A stretch of 64,000 nucleotides of DNA from Trichoplax sp. H2. Its lineage: Eukaryota. Under the pieces are notes generated by a model. It saw only the letters and a program-made list of their open reading frames with translations. It did not search any database and was not told the DNA's origin. The stretch is from positions 42,119 through 106,118 of the forward strand of contig NOWV01000083.1 in NCBI GenBank assembly GCA_003344405.1, in the 5' to 3' direction. Of the stretch, positions 21,437 through 35,272 are shown in pieces; positions within the stretch are counted from its first letter, which is position 1; each line of letters begins with the position of its first letter. A program made the position numbers and the translations under genes.

Positions 21437-21597
21437 CTACGAAGAAGGAAATTAAAACATTGTGAATGATATAAGCAACTATATCAAAGAATCACAGTTG
21501 CAAAATTTGCATAGTTTACAAAGCGAACAGAAATTTACGTTAATATTACTAGTTAAAGAGTACACTATGCACTGAGAAGCAGTAAATTGATGATTAC

Positions 21598-21829
21598 CTT
21601 TTTACTTCGTTGTTTTGTCAAGATACGGTCAACAATTAATCGTTCGATACCTGCCGCATGACATCGTTGTGCAAGCACACGACCAATATTTTCTGCTGCA
21701 GCTACGTCGCTAGTTTTATATAAATGCCTTGCTATTGGAAATTCTTTCGTAGAAGCACTAGCAACCCGATGTCCATCTCGATGGCATACATAAGCACTGA
21801 TGTGCCAGTTGGAAATTTCCAAATATGCT
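21598..21829 (-). CDS. MRPL18: MRPL18 exon 2 (uL18 / 5S rRNA-binding fold)
   Basis: (K)[77 protein letters not shown] aligns to [54 protein letters not shown]. Donor is AAG|GTAATC. Confidence 0.8.
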
Positions 21830-22572
21830 CTGAAAGGGATTATATTTCGCAGATCAGTATTACGTAGCATACACTATCCTGTCGAATAAGTTCATATAGT
21901 AAACGGGGTGCAATGAACATAGATCGCTGAAGTACAGTTTTATAGCCTTTTAAGGACACGTATTGCGTATTTTTTCTCGGTATAGAGCTGCAGCCCCTAA
22001 TTCAATTTCTCATCTACAGTAGATGGTTATAACACTGCACCGAGGGTTATTTCTTTAATTCACCGTTATAAGCACACGCTTTAACGTTAAAAGGCAACAA
22101 GGGATCCACTTGCACTCCGAAATATTGAGCCAACATTTAGTTAAAGTGCAGAGCTGTGCTTATTACAGTGTACGAGATAAATTACGCACACTGCATGTTG
22201 CACTATATTTACAGTGCGTTTATCATCAGTCCGTTAAGTTCAAACTTCGAAGTACACGTTTGTATAATTTAGGATTAAGCTACTAGCCAATAAAATCAGT
22301 ATACGCGTAAAAGTCATTTATCTTGATGAGATAAGTACTGTACTGTAACATAATACTACATGGTGTTTGTAAGATCTCACTACCTTGTTATGTTGATAGC
22401 AAATAGTTCAAATGGTAGGTTTAACTAATTATAGTACAGCATAGTATTACAGTATCCTCTTTCCATGTGTCAGCAGAACCCCATAATCACATTGCACGGT
22501 GAATTAATACTGAATCTTTCATTAGACTCTACATTTGCATCAGAGTGTAAAAAATTAGGATCAGATTCTTAC

Positions 22573-22883
22573 TTGTGGTAATAGTCCTGCCTTATCGGAT
22601 TTGTTCCATAACCTCTTGCCTTCGGTGCTAAGGCCATCAATTCTAAATTACGCGGATTACGATTATTAAAAACGGTAGCATATTTTAATTGTTTCGTCCC
22701 ATCTTCTTTATCCATCATATCATCACTTGAGGAATACTTTGCAGCTGGTTTCAATGTGTTTGCTATAGTGCTTGTCGAAAGTGCCCGATAACCAAAGAAC
22801 ATCGTATTTGAAATGTTCATGAGCAATCGATGACCTATGCAAGTCGGTAGCGAAGACATTTCTATACCATTGGTACTAGACAC
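22573..22883 (-). CDS. MRPL18: MRPL18 exon 1
   Basis: M..FFGYRALSTSTIANTLKPAAK...[35 protein letters not shown] aligns to FAALSTSSEPAAKP...[22 protein letters not shown]. Donor is AA|GTAAGA. The start may be the first or the second in-frame ATG. Confidence 0.75.
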
Positions 22884-23089
22884 AGTTGATAAAATTGGAT
22901 AAAGCAGAACACAAATTCACAACAGCGGAAGCAGCAATCTACACGACTTTGCTCCTTGCAATGAAATAAAGCTAGACCCACCCGGACTACGCTAAACCAG
23001 CTTTTAACAGTACAGTTGCAGTTGTGCCGTAACCGTAGCAAGCAGACTGGCTGGCAGGTTGCGGTGCTGTGGTAGTGCGGACGGATGGA

Positions 23090-23650
23090 CAGTGAGTACT
23101 GTACAGCGTGTATGGGGGGTGCTTACAGTAAATTTGGATCATTCAACAATAACTAAATGAGCACCAACAAAAATGGTCGATTCGCAATAGTTACAGGGAA
23201 ATTAATCCTACAATACTAAAGTTATAGGCTGCAGAAGTTTTGATAAGTGTACAGTTCAATGTACAACGTGAAGAATTTCAATCCAGATTTTTCCAAATGA
23301 AATAAAGTGGCCGAAAATTGATCGACTTTATTTAAATTTTATATAAATCATACATATAAAGTTTGTTTTACAGGTTTTATTTCGAAAATAAACCATAAAA
23401 ATATGCACTGATTACTCTACTGTACAGTAGAAAAGAAATCCTACACAATGTAGAGTTTTACAGTGCTATACAGTACAGTACAGGCTAAAAAATGATCGAA
23501 GAGGATCTCCCGCTTGGCAAGGAGTTTTTACTGGGCATTATACGCCAGCATATTGTACAGTGTACACTCGGTGTAGGGTACAGTGTAAAAGAATATTTAA
23601 ACAAGGCAATATACAGTACAGTACTGCCACAGTAATACGAGTATGTCACT
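23090..23650. repeat. Palindromic TACTGTACAGTA-type repeat patches between MRPL18 and the RILP-like gene
   Basis: gagtactgtacagcgtg, ctactgtacagtag, atacagtacagtacagg, gtacagtgtacactcggtgtagggtacagtg, atacagtacagtactgcc. Confidence 0.8.
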
Positions 23651-24745
23651 TTAGCTTACCAATGTCAATTTCTATCATGAAATAAATAGCTTCTATATTA
23701 CTATAGTATATCACGGTTAGTTTAAACTAGCCCATTCGTATATGGAACATAGCTGTTGTACGTATGTCGGTTACTGCCAGTAATAATTTTTTGATGAGTG
23801 AATTCATTAAAGATCGTACTTTAGCAGTATAAGAATCAAAGCATTATTACTGATAATTAATCTACAAAAAAAAGATTTTATTCCCTGTCCATTCTGTGCA
23901 TTTAATAGCTTTAACAGTTTTAATCAATGGTGAGATATTAAAGGTATTACAGAGCAGTTTCGGGAACTTCAGATTTCTTTTCAGAAATCCTTGGAATCAC
24001 ATTGAACCATTTAATTTCCTCCATAACTGGCATACCAATTTTGATTGATGGGTACTTTAAACGCTACTTGCAATTGCGATCAATGTCCTCTAGAAAGCAG
24101 CATAACATGAGCTTCACTAAGAACCAAATATTCTACAATAGTTAAATAACGTAGGAAAATAGTTATTTCTTGTGTCGACACAAACATTTTCGATCACCAA
24201 ATCTTGAGAATTTAAAATATAATTAAATAAAAGTAAGCGTAACTAAAAGAGTAGCAGCATTAGTTCATGAGTTAAATGAATATTTTAATTCAAGTTGTAA
24301 GTGGATTGTAGTGATTCATTCTTCAAAATGTATGACGTTCTCCTGAACACATTTACCTTAGCACGCCAATACCATCTTGCGGTTCGATTTTTACCACTAT
24401 GATTGGTCGATTGCGTTGTCATGATAATGTGTTCATTGGTTAACATAAATATTTAGAAAATGAATAATACAGTATATTATATCGCCCACCGTCTTTAGTT
24501 TTGGCATGCTATTGTCTTCTCGTGAGACAGCCCAAATATTTTGCATGGATACAGTATATAGTACTGTAGTCATAATAATATTAAACAGTAATATTCCTTT
24601 CTTTTTTATAACCTTAAGCAATATCCAGTATTTAGTGATCAGTCACTGTCAATTTTATCGATTAGTTATCGGTACACGCTTGATGATATAGTGTAATTTT
24701 TAAATTTCTTCTTTTCTCTCAGTAATTGCGAAGTAAATTACTATT

Positions 24746-25063
24746 ATGCCGAATACCGACATGGAAGAGCCGATGCAAGAACCAGATGAAACAAAGCCTA
24801 GCCTCACTCGAGCCTTAAGTATATCAGACGTATACCAAGTTGCTGCTGATATCGGCCGTGACTTTGAGACTATAGCCCAAAAATATGGCCAGGACATAAT
24901 TTTTGATTTAATGCCTAAAGTCATAGGAACGTTGGAAAATATGGAAAAACTTGTGAATCAACAAAGTTCCGAACATAAACTCATTGAGCAATTAAATGTA
25001 GAAAACGATAGATTAAAATTTGAACATAAAAAGGAATTATCTAATAGAAAGAAAGTTGAAGAT
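24746..25063 (+). CDS. RILPL1: RILP-like (RH1/RH2 domain) protein, exon 1 with RH1 domain
   Basis: MPNTDMEEP...ISDVYQVAADIGRDFETIAQKYGQDIIFDLMPKVIGTLENMEKLVN...KKVED aligns to the RILPL1 RH1 segment VMDVYDIASLVGHEFERVIDQHGCEAIARLMPKVVRVLEILE. Donor is GAT|GTAAGT. Confidence 0.8.
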
Positions 25064-27999
25064 GTAAGTACCATTTCACTATTAATTTGCCATTTTAATA
25101 TCAATCTAAGCGTAAGACGAGAGAACACAGCAGCCTTATGTAGCAAATACACAGTATTGTCAACAAATGGTATTATGATATCAAACATCGGATCAATAAA
25201 GTAGACCAAGCCCATTCCAAAAATGCAGGGTACTTTGAGGTTAAAGATAGGAATTAAAGCCAACGCACGTCTTTTACTTGAAATATGATAATACCTATAC
25301 GATTATCCTAGTTTGAGACATTGTAAACTAGCACCAGATGTAGATATTAGTGTAATCAAAACATTAATAAGGCCGTTGGTTCATGCCTAAGGCCAAATAT
25401 TAAACCATATTTGATGACGAAACGGATAAAACTCTAATTAAACATTCGTATGACTGTATCCATCGAGCTTAAGCTTCATTCAAACTGTTATTAACTAGTT
25501 GCACCATACATATATTAGATATGCCACCGTTTTCATTTATAGTTTGCATCAACAGTACTTTTATCTGTTACAGTAGTCGTAATCTTTCATTTCTGATTCC
25601 TCGTAATTACCATCCGGATTAGTTCTAGATCATGATTTTTTGAAATATAACTGATAGCCAGCCATCACGGAAATATGCTATTTAGCCAATATAACGCAGA
25701 CATCAGTGAAGCGATAATGTATTTGCAGATAATACACATGCACCAGCGACAGTAATGCTGACTGAATTAAAGAATACGTTTACTATATTTTTATTGCTAT
25801 GGTATAATAACGTTATGAGTACATTAGTTTGATATAAGTAGCGTTATGATCGTGTTCAATTGTAATTATTATTAGTTCATATAAAATAGACACTTGCATT
25901 AAAATGTAATGTAGGATATCAAAGTTATTATCCTAGATTTGTTTCATACTACAGAATATAGAGAGTAATATATAATTGGAATGAGAAGAGATAGATATTA
26001 GAATCTTATCATACCGTTAAAAAGAACCCTCAGTTAGATAATTAAATATTCAATATTATTTGTGAATCTTAATCTAAATAAGATCCTTTTAGCTTAACAT
26101 GAATATCTTTCATTAATGCAATAACTTAGCAAGCACTTTGCAATTGAACAACGTAGTGATGAAAAATTATGATTTTTAAGAACATCAATAATTTAAAGCA
26201 TTCCAAAATAATGTAAATTAAATTAATCTGCCTATTGCTGCAATATTTCATTTTCGAATTTCTGTTACATGATATTATAGAATTAGATAGACAAAAATAT
26301 CACTAATGGCGCCTTTAATTAAACGTGTATGCCTTACAATACTTTATTTAGCACTGCAATGAAATCGAAATTTTAAGTATTAATCTAGAATAATAATTAA
26401 CGCTATAGATCTCTTTTATTTTACTTGATGTAAAAATGTATATAATAATCCCAATCTTTTATTAAGGAGAGTGTACCGTAATTAGTAACATACGCTTCAT
26501 TCTCAACAAAGCAAGCGGTATTGAATGATTATTCGAAATAAAAGATTTACCGGTACGGAAGTACCTAGTAAGTTCATATATTATATTTTATAACCAGTTT
26601 TAGCTTTGTAATTAATTTTATTTTGCACATCTATGAGATATTTCGGACTTCTGCATATAATTCAGGATGTGAAAGGACATTAAGATTTACAACCGCGTAA
26701 AATCACATGATAAAATGTTTTCTGTTCAAAAAAATTTATCGGAGACTTACTCTATGTTATTTAATGTAACACAAATAAAATTGTTGGTAATGAATGGCCA
26801 TATTTTACAATACGACATAATGACCAAGTGTCATACATGAGTTACGTAACTACGCTATAATAATATTTTCAATGCCCTATTTCACCACCGTACGGTACTT
26901 GCATAAGCGGTAGTTCAATGGTTTCAAAATTGCTTACTAATTAATGTATAGTATTGGCATAAAAATGGCTCACTAGCTTCTATAAATTAATTAATCATTA
27001 TTTACGAATAACTTCTTAAATGATAATTTACAATTAGTCAAGACTATTGCAGTAATGCATTTGTCTTTATCTTTAATATTTAAAACTTTATATTTTTCTT
27101 CCGAAATGAATTTATTTGGTACCTTAAAAGATTTTAAGAGGAATTTACGCAGCAAATTTTATGAGAATTCATAGGGCGTCAGTAGTTTATCAATTTTCTT
27201 CAAATGTGGAATATTATCATCTACCGTATAACTCCAAAAGTATGCACGTAGGTCTTATACCTTATTTAATGTCCGGTGTAGGTTAAAAACATATGTCGGC
27301 AATAGAGATTGGATACTGGCTTAGTCAAGATTCTATGAAGTCTATATTGTTGTCTGATAGTAATCATAACTTAGGTTTATACAGCAACAATTGAGATTTA
27401 ATAAAATTCTAAATTAAGGGCAATCGTAAGAAATGACCAAATGACATCTTGTGCAACTTATCCTCCCAGTTTTGTTATGGAATATCTACCATACAAAATT
27501 TACTTACTCTAATGTCGTCGTGTATCCGTGTCATTTTCTAAAGGGCTTGCTTAAAATTTTTAAGAAATTGGATGACAGTTATATAAATCCTAAATCTTAA
27601 GATCGCATAAGGATTATGGAAACTAATGAATTCTACCACAATTCTCGCGGATTTCTAAGCAGATAATTAAACGAGCAAAGGATGTTTGGGTTTTAACATC
27701 TATTAGAAACTTTTGTTTTATTATAATTTCTCAATATAAATATTTTACTCTATGGTTCCAAGATAGTAACATATCGTTGCATTGTTTTATTATGAAAGAA
27801 ATTTACCGATTGATTGCGTTGTGATTTGGAAATTGTGGTTATTTATGACTATCTTAAGAAGAAATAGAGTATAGCGATCACTGTAAATAACGAATTACCA
27901 TATTGTTACACTTATTGAATATCATTAAGAGAAAAAATCGCTACTATGTGTACATAAGAGGGCTTTAAACTTATACTATTTCCAACGTTTATGATTCAG

Positions 28000-28144
28000 G
28001 AACTTCTCCAGCAACAGCAACTTAGGTTAAAAGACGCTGAGGTCTTACGTGATAAAATTGCAAGTCTGATTAGCGATAATAAGCGTCTTAATGAGAAACT
28101 TGTAGACATGAAGAAAGAAGGATACCAAGCTGAGGCTAGCAGAG
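28000..28144 (+). CDS. RILPL1: RILP-like exon 2 (coiled coil)
   Basis: ELLQQQQLRLKDAEVLRDKIASLISDNKRLNEKLVDMKKEGYQAEASR. Acceptor is gattcag, donor is G|GTAAAT. Intervening micro-exons in the 2.9 kb intron are not excluded. Confidence 0.65.
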
Positions 28145-28401
28145 GTAAATCTAGTCTAGTGACATTATCCCATGATATCTAGCCAACAGAATACGCAAAC
28201 AAATACACCTGAATTCATCCACTTTATCTGTCATAGGCTAAATTTCGTAAGAATGACAGCTCTTTAACATGTTACTATATGGAATAACAAACTAGACGAC
28301 TGAAAAATGCAGACTAAATAATACATTATCATAGTCTAATTGATTATTGGATAAATTAAAGGGATATTACCTTATGTTTATTTCTCATTCTTTTATAATA
28401 G

Positions 28402-28514
28402 CTGCAGTGGATGAAGTTACTCTTCAGAGATTAAAAAGTGTCATTGAAAAACAAAAAGATATTATTAGAACAAAAGAGAAAGAACTGACTCGTTTAAAGG
28501 AGGAATTGGAAGTT
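28402..28514 (+). CDS. RILPL1: RILP-like exon 3
   Basis: (A)AVDEVTLQRLKSVIEKQKDIIRTKEKELTRLKEELEV aligns to ERERQVMKKLKEVVDKQRDEIRAKDRELGLKNEDVEAL. Donor is GTT|GTGAGT. Confidence 0.75.
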
Positions 28515-28675
28515 GTGAGTTCTTCACTATTCGTATATCCAAATTATATTACGGTAGAGTATAAGTATTAGATGAAGACCCTAGTTTTTCGACAGCATCC
28601 TAAATCTACAAGGAATATTAAGTATGCAAATATCAATAAATTACTTTATCAAATCCATATTCATATTCTTTGCAG

Positions 28676-28921
28676 ACTCAATCACAAGGAGACCAAGTAT
28701 TGCAACTCAATCAAGAGCTTCGTAAACGGTGCGATGAGCTACAGGAGCGTGTGGAAACACTAAAAGTTAAAAAACATAGTATGAAAGAGCAAGTAGCTGA
28801 GATCACACAAAAAATGTCTGCTGCAATATTATCACACGAAAAATGGGAGAATGAACAAGAAAATGAAAAAATTATTAGCACAAGGAAAGAGAGTGAAGGT
28901 TCATCTCCTGAATGTGAAAAG
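28676..28921 (+). CDS. RILPL1: RILP-like exon 4 (coiled coil)
   Basis: TQSQGDQVLQLNQELRKRCDELQERVETLKVKKHSMKEQVAEITQKMSAAILSHEKWENEQENEKIISTRKESEGSSPECEK. Acceptor is tctttgcag, donor is AAG|GTAAAA. Confidence 0.7.
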
Positions 28922-29102
28922 GTAAAACACATTTCTATCGCTTGTTACTTAACTTTGATAAGCTGCGAACAGAAAGTTTAAAAAATATCTATCCCATGGT
29001 ATGAATGACCAATTTTTTTACATAATCGTTAAGCTCTAGCAATATTTAGGTTACTTTAGCTTCAATTCCAGCTAAATACTTCTTGTTCATTACTCGTTAT
29101 AG

Positions 29103-29248
29103 TATTCGTGGTCAGGGTCTGATATTGACACACCAAGCAACGATATTAACCACATAATCAAGCAACGTGATCACTATAAATCTATGGTCGCAGATATAAG
29201 CATTGAACTAGAAGATTTAAGGCAAAAATTAATTCGATCAGAATCAGA
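29103..29248 (+). CDS. RILPL1: RILP-like exon 5 (RH2 domain)
   Basis: YSWSGSDIDTPSNDINHIIKQRDHYKSMVADISIELEDLRQKLIRSES aligns to the RH2 segment PRFTLQELRDVLHERNELKSKVFLLQEELAYYKSE. Donor is GA|GTAAGC. Confidence 0.75.
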
Positions 29249-30116
29249 GTAAGCAATTATCCAATCATGGTCTTATTCATTAAATATAATAAATTATACT
29301 GAATATCAGCCTTGTATTCGTATACTAAAGGATGTATATTAATCTATAACATTTAGTTGAAGGCTGACATTTTATTGGATCTATCATAAATCAGTAGGCA
29401 AGATATCAACTATTTTTTACGTATAATTTAGGCTAAATTTACTGAAACTCCGATTTTCAACACCTTCCAATCGCAAATCTACTGAATATATCAAGGCTAA
29501 TCAGAGCGGAGGAATTCGAGGATTGTACGTAGTAATAATTGCTGATTTTACTACTACTGATAATCGTGTACGTAGTTTATTTCTACTTCTGCAGCAGTGC
29601 TCAGACTAATCTTAAAAAGTCTTAGGCATACGAGTATATTGATAGATCTGTGAGGTGCTACAGTATATGAGCTACTATAGCAATAGTCTCGTGTGCTTGT
29701 TATGCTTTTAAATGTGTTAATATATATATACACTTACTGATCAGTGTTCTTTAGTAAATGCATCATAATAATCAAGTGATAAAATATAAAGGTATAAATT
29801 AACATTTATGCTACAGCAAGATACGTTTAAATTATATATAGATAGTATGAATAGTTATAAAGCTATCTAGAATTAGTAAATGGAGCAAGATGCAGTATAA
29901 TTGCAAAGTTAATGGGCATGGTATGAAATTATTATACCGTGAAGTTTTTGAGTTTAACTACACCTTTGGCAAAAATTTGATATTTGAATATAATTATAAC
30001 TATAGCTGTAAAGATACATGTTAAGCTAAGTTAATAATCTTAAATTGATAGCTATAACTAGCTTCTTGGTATCAAGTTTTTAGTACGCAAATTTAACTAA
30101 TGATATCGCACTTTAG

Positions 30117-30765
30117 TTTTAAGATGTTTAATGCTAAACATCAAACGGAAATCTCAGAAGGCAACAAAAGCTCAGAAGTTATTAGCCACAGCAATCAAAA
30201 CAGTCAAAAATCTTCTCCTATCATTATGAAACGTCACTTTGCCTCGCCAGCTACCAGGCAATCTACACCGAACCTAGCGTCTGAGTCTAAACCTCGCCGA
30301 TTTAGTTTTGACCGAAGTGTATTTTCATTACGTTCTTCTCCAAGAGCAACGAAAAAACAGTCTGACGAAGCAGTGATAATTGGTGATGGTAATCCTAATA
30401 GCAACAAAAACGGCAGTAAGCCATCAAGCAAAAAGTCTATAAAGAGCTTAAGTACAGTTAGTGTAAATCAACCTTCTACTAGTAAACCGAAGATGACAAG
30501 ATCAACTTCAATAGAACATTATATGTCGAAATTTGGGCATCGAAAATTAACTCGTCAAGATGCGTCTGATTTAATGAACCCTAATGCAGATTTCGAAGAT
30601 AATACCCAATCAAGTCGTCAGATGCGATACGAATCGATGCAACTTATTGCACAATCTTTTGATAACGATTCTATTGTTATATCGCACTTCGATAGTAATT
30701 CAAACAGCAGCAATGAAAATCAAGACATTCAAGATAAGAGCGGTTGCAGTCCATCAAGTCTGTGA
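30117..30765 (+). CDS. RILPL1: RILP-like terminal exon (S/N-rich low-complexity tail; stop TGA at 30763-30765)
   Basis: The phase-matched acceptor is at 30115-30116. Translation gives (D)FKMFNAKHQTE...SKPRRFSFDRSVFSLRSSPRATKKQSD..., which aligns to the RILPL1 C-terminal motif GIKRLFSFFSRDKKRLANTQ. A long serine-rich disordered tail follows. Confidence 0.6.
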
Positions 30766-33196
30766 ATTATGGCTTTAGTGAGCGAAACTAAAATCAAATT
30801 AGGCCGCATGTTTTATATATCATTAATTTTGTATACGGTACTCAGTAAAAATGGCTACTGAATTTCTTCGGTGGTCTGTACTTGTAATCATATCAGCGAG
30901 GACACTTGCAATTCAAATTACCGTATTATAGTGTTTGCAGAGCGTTCATGTATTGTTTGTAATATGCACATAGCGAAAACGCTTTCGATGCCTTCAGTGC
31001 AATTCTATTATTACATTAGTAGATTAACATTGGCTATTATAACCAGAACGGATGATCACGTAATAGGTAATCATCGCCTAATCTGAAAAATCTTATGCTA
31101 AGACTAGCCAAGACTATGAAATTTTTTACATTAATTAATATGGCAAATTAGATTTGAACAGTAATTAAATATTCATGGATGAAATATCAAAAGCTGGAAT
31201 AATACTTTTATAAAATGTAAAATCTATACGATTTTTAGTTCTAGAGTTTAAAATTTATGGCTGGCGTAACAATAATGCAGCTTATAGTTGAATGTATTTA
31301 TCAATTCGTGTATCTCAGCTTTTATAAAAATAAGAATGCCGATACATCTTCATCTTTTCACGGCAGTCGTCCTGTTGATAAAACAAGATTTTGCGCATTC
31401 ATATATGCCTGTTATTATAAAAGCACTTTTCTAAATGTTTATAAATTGGAAATATAACTTATGTATCGGCTAGAGTTTGCTGAGCAAACCTAGTGTAAAG
31501 TTATACTCTACGGAATTAGTGATATCTATTCTTTACTTTGGGTGTTTGTGTAACGAAGTCGATATACCGTCTTTAAAATGTTACGAATGTCTAGTGCTAT
31601 TTATTTAATATCGTTTTCTATAGGAAATGTTTGTTTATTATTTGTATAAAATAGCTATCACAGCTTAATAAATTATCACTTTAATAGCACTTTAGTTAGA
31701 AAAGATTTATAATAATTACGTATTTAGTAAAATGTAAACGTATACCACAATTTCACTATCTTGGAGAAGATTTGACAGTGCAATAGTTCAGTGAAATATT
31801 CACAATAACAACTGCAAATAGGCTTTCCTTTTCAAATTGTTGCCAATATCAATTTGATAATTAGTGACGCTGTCGTTACAACGATTACAGCGCATGATTA
31901 CACTGCTTTCGGTAAGATGATTATTTGGAAAGTTGGGATTGTATTGATATTTTATCTGCTCTCAGCACATATTTGTATTATATTCGAAAGTTTCTTTTGT
32001 AGATTAGGCCAGAGACAGTTTTAGAATGCAATTTTGATACGTTCTCCATATGACTTACGGCAGCTTTAGCTTTGTAGTCCATCTGTGAGACCTACCGCTA
32101 AATCATTTGTAATAGTTAACTTGGGTCAATCAAATTTTTGTACTATGTAGCAATATTTTCCACCTGATCGCCTAGTATTATTAATTTGAGTTCAAAAGGT
32201 ATTAAAGCAGATATCCAATACTTTAAATAATCAATATAAGAAATCTTTAAATGTGTCGAATAACCTATCTTTAGAATACCTTCATTGGTAAGGTATTAGT
32301 TCGACATACGATTTAGCAAGGCGATGATGATGGTCCTGGCACTATAGTCTGGCACAATAGTTAATTAATCAAAGAATAATCACTGGATTTCTTAAGATGA
32401 ACTTCGCTCTAATTGGATTGCTATTTGGCTCATTTGTTTCGCTACATTATGTTATTGCTTAGTCAAGGATATTGCTACTTTAGCTCCTACAGCAACGAAG
32501 CAGTAGTTAGCAGTTAGTGAGGATCTCAAGATGAATTTCATTTACATGGGTATTCGATAAATCCTGTTTTGCTATAATGTAATACTATTTAGTACCTTAG
32601 CTACTTTAAGAATTTCAATTCTATATAAAGTGATGCAGAAGATGGAGTTAATCAATTAAATCATTAAAATATTTGATTTTTATCCATTCCAAATAAGATT
32701 TAATAGAACATTAAAGGATTTTCTGGTAATTTATGTAACCATTTCGCTAGACATGGATATAATGGATATACACTTTATGTTGTACAAAATAGTGTTATCA
32801 CCATCTACACAGTAAGTATAAAACGTGCTAATTAGAACAAAATTCAAATACTATTTATAAAATATATAGATACTTGTATAACCACATATACAGTCTGACT
32901 AGTCATGGTTCAATCTATACGCGTATTTCTGTCATGCTACTCTGGATCATTTTCTGCACACGAATGTTATAAGCGATGTTTTGTTGAAATTTTAACAGAT
33001 CTGTATAACTAAAGTGATATGTATATTGTACAGGATCAATTCTGATTCAATTTCGGCGTATGCTAGTCAGTATACTTGTCAGAATTTAGGGAAGAGATAT
33101 ATGACTCAAACTGTAAATGTCATATAAAAATTTTTTAATCATTTTGTATCTAAGAAGCGGCAATACAACACAATTAGGTCAATTTCTAGTTGATCA

Positions 33197-33296
33197 TCAT
33201 TTAGCATTTATCTTTTTCCATTGCTCTTCAGTATAAGTCTTTTGCGAGAAGGCATGTATAGATTTTAATTCTTCTTCCAAGCAAGCATTAACCAAT
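33197..33296 (-). CDS. BOLA2: BOLA2 (BolA-like 2) terminal exon
   Basis: (R)LVNACLEEELKSIHAFSQKTYTEEQWKKINAK* aligns to RLVNACLAEELPHIHAFEQKTLTPDQWARERQK. Acceptor is ttacag. Confidence 0.85.
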
Positions 33297-33680
33297 CTGT
33301 AAGAGTCAGAAAATATAGTCTTGGAGCTAGAAATCGATGCTATTTAAGAAATTAAGTTGTATTTTGCTAACAAAATTAGCATTCCGATCGATTAAGTTCA
33401 TTAATAGTACATACTGAACTGCACACTGTACAGCATACGTATACAAAAAATGATAAATTAACCAACTACGATCTTTACTAGCAATTGCTTCCTCCTTAAT
33501 TATCGTAAAATGCGAGGATTAAACTATAGTATAAGGTTGTGTTGATTTCTAGTTGAAAGGATTTTCAGCTAGACGGTGAATGTTACAATGTATCATTATG
33601 TGAATAACTTAATATGCTGAATTATCGTCAAAGTAGTTTCTACTATACTTATATTACTTAACATTTATAAGGTACTGTAC

Positions 33681-33775
33681 CTATGTCGTTGCAATAGCGG
33701 TTTTCCTTCAAATTTTTCCGAAACAATAATCACAGAATAACTCGATCCACAGCCTCCAGAAATATCTTCTACTTT
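33681..33775 (-). CDS. BOLA2: BOLA2 exon 2
   Basis: KVEDISGGCGSSYSVIIVSEKFEGKPLLQRH(R) aligns to HVEVEDTTLNRCSCSFRVLVVSAKFEGKPLLQRHR. Donor is AG|GTACAG. Confidence 0.85.
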
Positions 33776-33934
33776 CTAAACACATTTTTATAATCAATGC
33801 TCAGTCAGCGATTACAAATTACTTCCAATACCACACAATTACTAGTAGCACAGGATACACGATGCACATGAACACTTTAACGTTTAAATGTGTTCATATG
33901 TAAATATTATAACAGATATAGTATGTTATCTTAC

Positions 33935-33997
33935 CACAAAAGAAGCATTTAATTCGTTTTTCAACTTATTTTCTATAGTATCTGCTGAAACTGACAT
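33935..33997 (-). CDS. BOLA2: BOLA2 exon 1 (ATG at 33997-33995)
   Basis: MSVSADTIENKLKNELNASFV aligns to MELSAEYLREKLQRDLEAEHV. Donor is GTG|GTAAGA. Confidence 0.8.
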
Positions 33998-34039
33998 AAT
34001 TTCTTAAATAAGAATAATTTATCAATCTTCAAAAGTTAT

Positions 34040-34350
34040 CTACTGTACCAGATGATGGACTACTAGATACTGTACAGTACATCTGAACTCTGTACTGTAC
34101 CTGGCTGTACAGTACAGTACACTGTACTGTACACCTGTCGATGGTTAGAGCTCTTTGCAGTACTGTACAGTACTGTACTGTAATAATACAGTATAGTGGA
34201 GCAGACCAGACCATGAAGACCTCTAACAGTACAGTACAGTACAGTGTATGGTTACAATACACTACTGTACTGTACAGTTAAGGGGCCCCTTATTAGTTTT
34301 GTACCGTGTACAGTGTACAGTGTACAGTACTGTACTGTGCTCCATCTAAA
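34040..34350. repeat. Palindromic TACTGTACAGTA-type repeat cluster next to the BOLA2 5' end
   Basis: Dense tactgtacagtac / gtacagtgtacagtgtacagtactgtactg units. Confidence 0.9.
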
Positions 34351-34840
34351 GTAATTTGCACCGTGAGTGGCATGGCATAGGCCTAAAGGAAAAAATCTTT
34401 TGCTTTACCCCTGCTAAGTCTACAGATCCAACAGGAATAGATGAAATGATGGCTTTCTCTTATGGGTGCAAAGTAGCTGCAAGAAACTGGCTATCTTGCG
34501 TCTACTGTAGTTATCGAGGCCTGACTAATAGTAGCCCTATGCATAGAATTTTTGGTAGGAGTAAAGAAATTGCTACCGAAGAGAATACTGGCTCGCAAAG
34601 ACATATTGGAGTCCCTATGCAAGACGCTGTAGACATCAATGATTTTAATAATTCATCATCTCGACAAGATCGTAAAATTAAACCTTTGTTAGTTTTTGAT
34701 TATAATATATAACTAGTTAAAATAGCAATAATATAACTATCTAAAGGTTATGGCATACTTTATTGTGTATTCTTTCATGTCATTAAGCTATCTTATGATA
34801 ATAACGGATTATGGGAATACGGATGCTTTTTCATTAATAG

Positions 34841-34982
34841 AGTTCTAAAGGAAGGATATATACCCCCACCGGACGTTGTTGCGCGCTTGAGAAAAATTGT
34901 GGAGAATACGTGTACAGTAGAATCTAGCCAATCTGATAACTGGAAAGAAATTAACTTAGATGATTTAGACATTAAGTTTCAA
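34841..34982 (+). CDS. Unidentified protein, internal exon (phase-1 start, so an upstream exon exists)
   Basis: Open frame VLKEGYIPPPDVVARLRKIVENTCTVESSQSDNWKEINLDDLDIKFQ between acceptor ttaatag and donor CAA|GTTTGT. No confident homolog recognised. Confidence 0.4.
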
Positions 34983-35095
34983 GTTTGTACTATTTTAATT
35001 AATTAATTCATCCTAATCTTTCAGTATTATTTTCCACCTTATCGATATAACCTTTACTGCTACACTAACATTCTACTTCGCTCGACTTTTAACAG

Positions 35096-35272
35096 ATTCT
35101 AACAAAATGCCAGGAAGAATTTCAGTTAATTGTACCCAATTTTAAGTTATCATCAATGAAAAGTGTTCGTGACGTATTAAAATTTTATAGAAAGCCTATC
35201 AAAGAAAGAAGAATATTTAACAACATCGACATGGATCGATTGCCTTCAAACTTAATTATTCAGGCTCGTTAA
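35096..35272 (+). CDS. Unidentified protein, terminal exon (same gene as 34841-34982)
   Basis: Acceptor ttttaacag. ILTKCQEEFQLIVPNFKLSSMKSVRDVLKFYRKPIKERRIFNNIDMDRLPSNLIIQAR*, phase-compatible with the previous exon. Weak SOCS-box/COMM-like flavour only. Confidence 0.4.
   Translation: MLTKCQEEFQLIVPNFKLSSMKSVRDVLKFYRKPIKERRIFNNIDMDRLPSNLIIQAR

Noticed and set aside
34356-34712. 118-aa ORF (+) MHREWHGIGLKEKIF...
   Set aside because: No recognisable homology or splice context. It sits immediately next to a repeat cluster. It may hold an upstream exon of the 34841-35272 gene, but I could not establish a phase-consistent junction.
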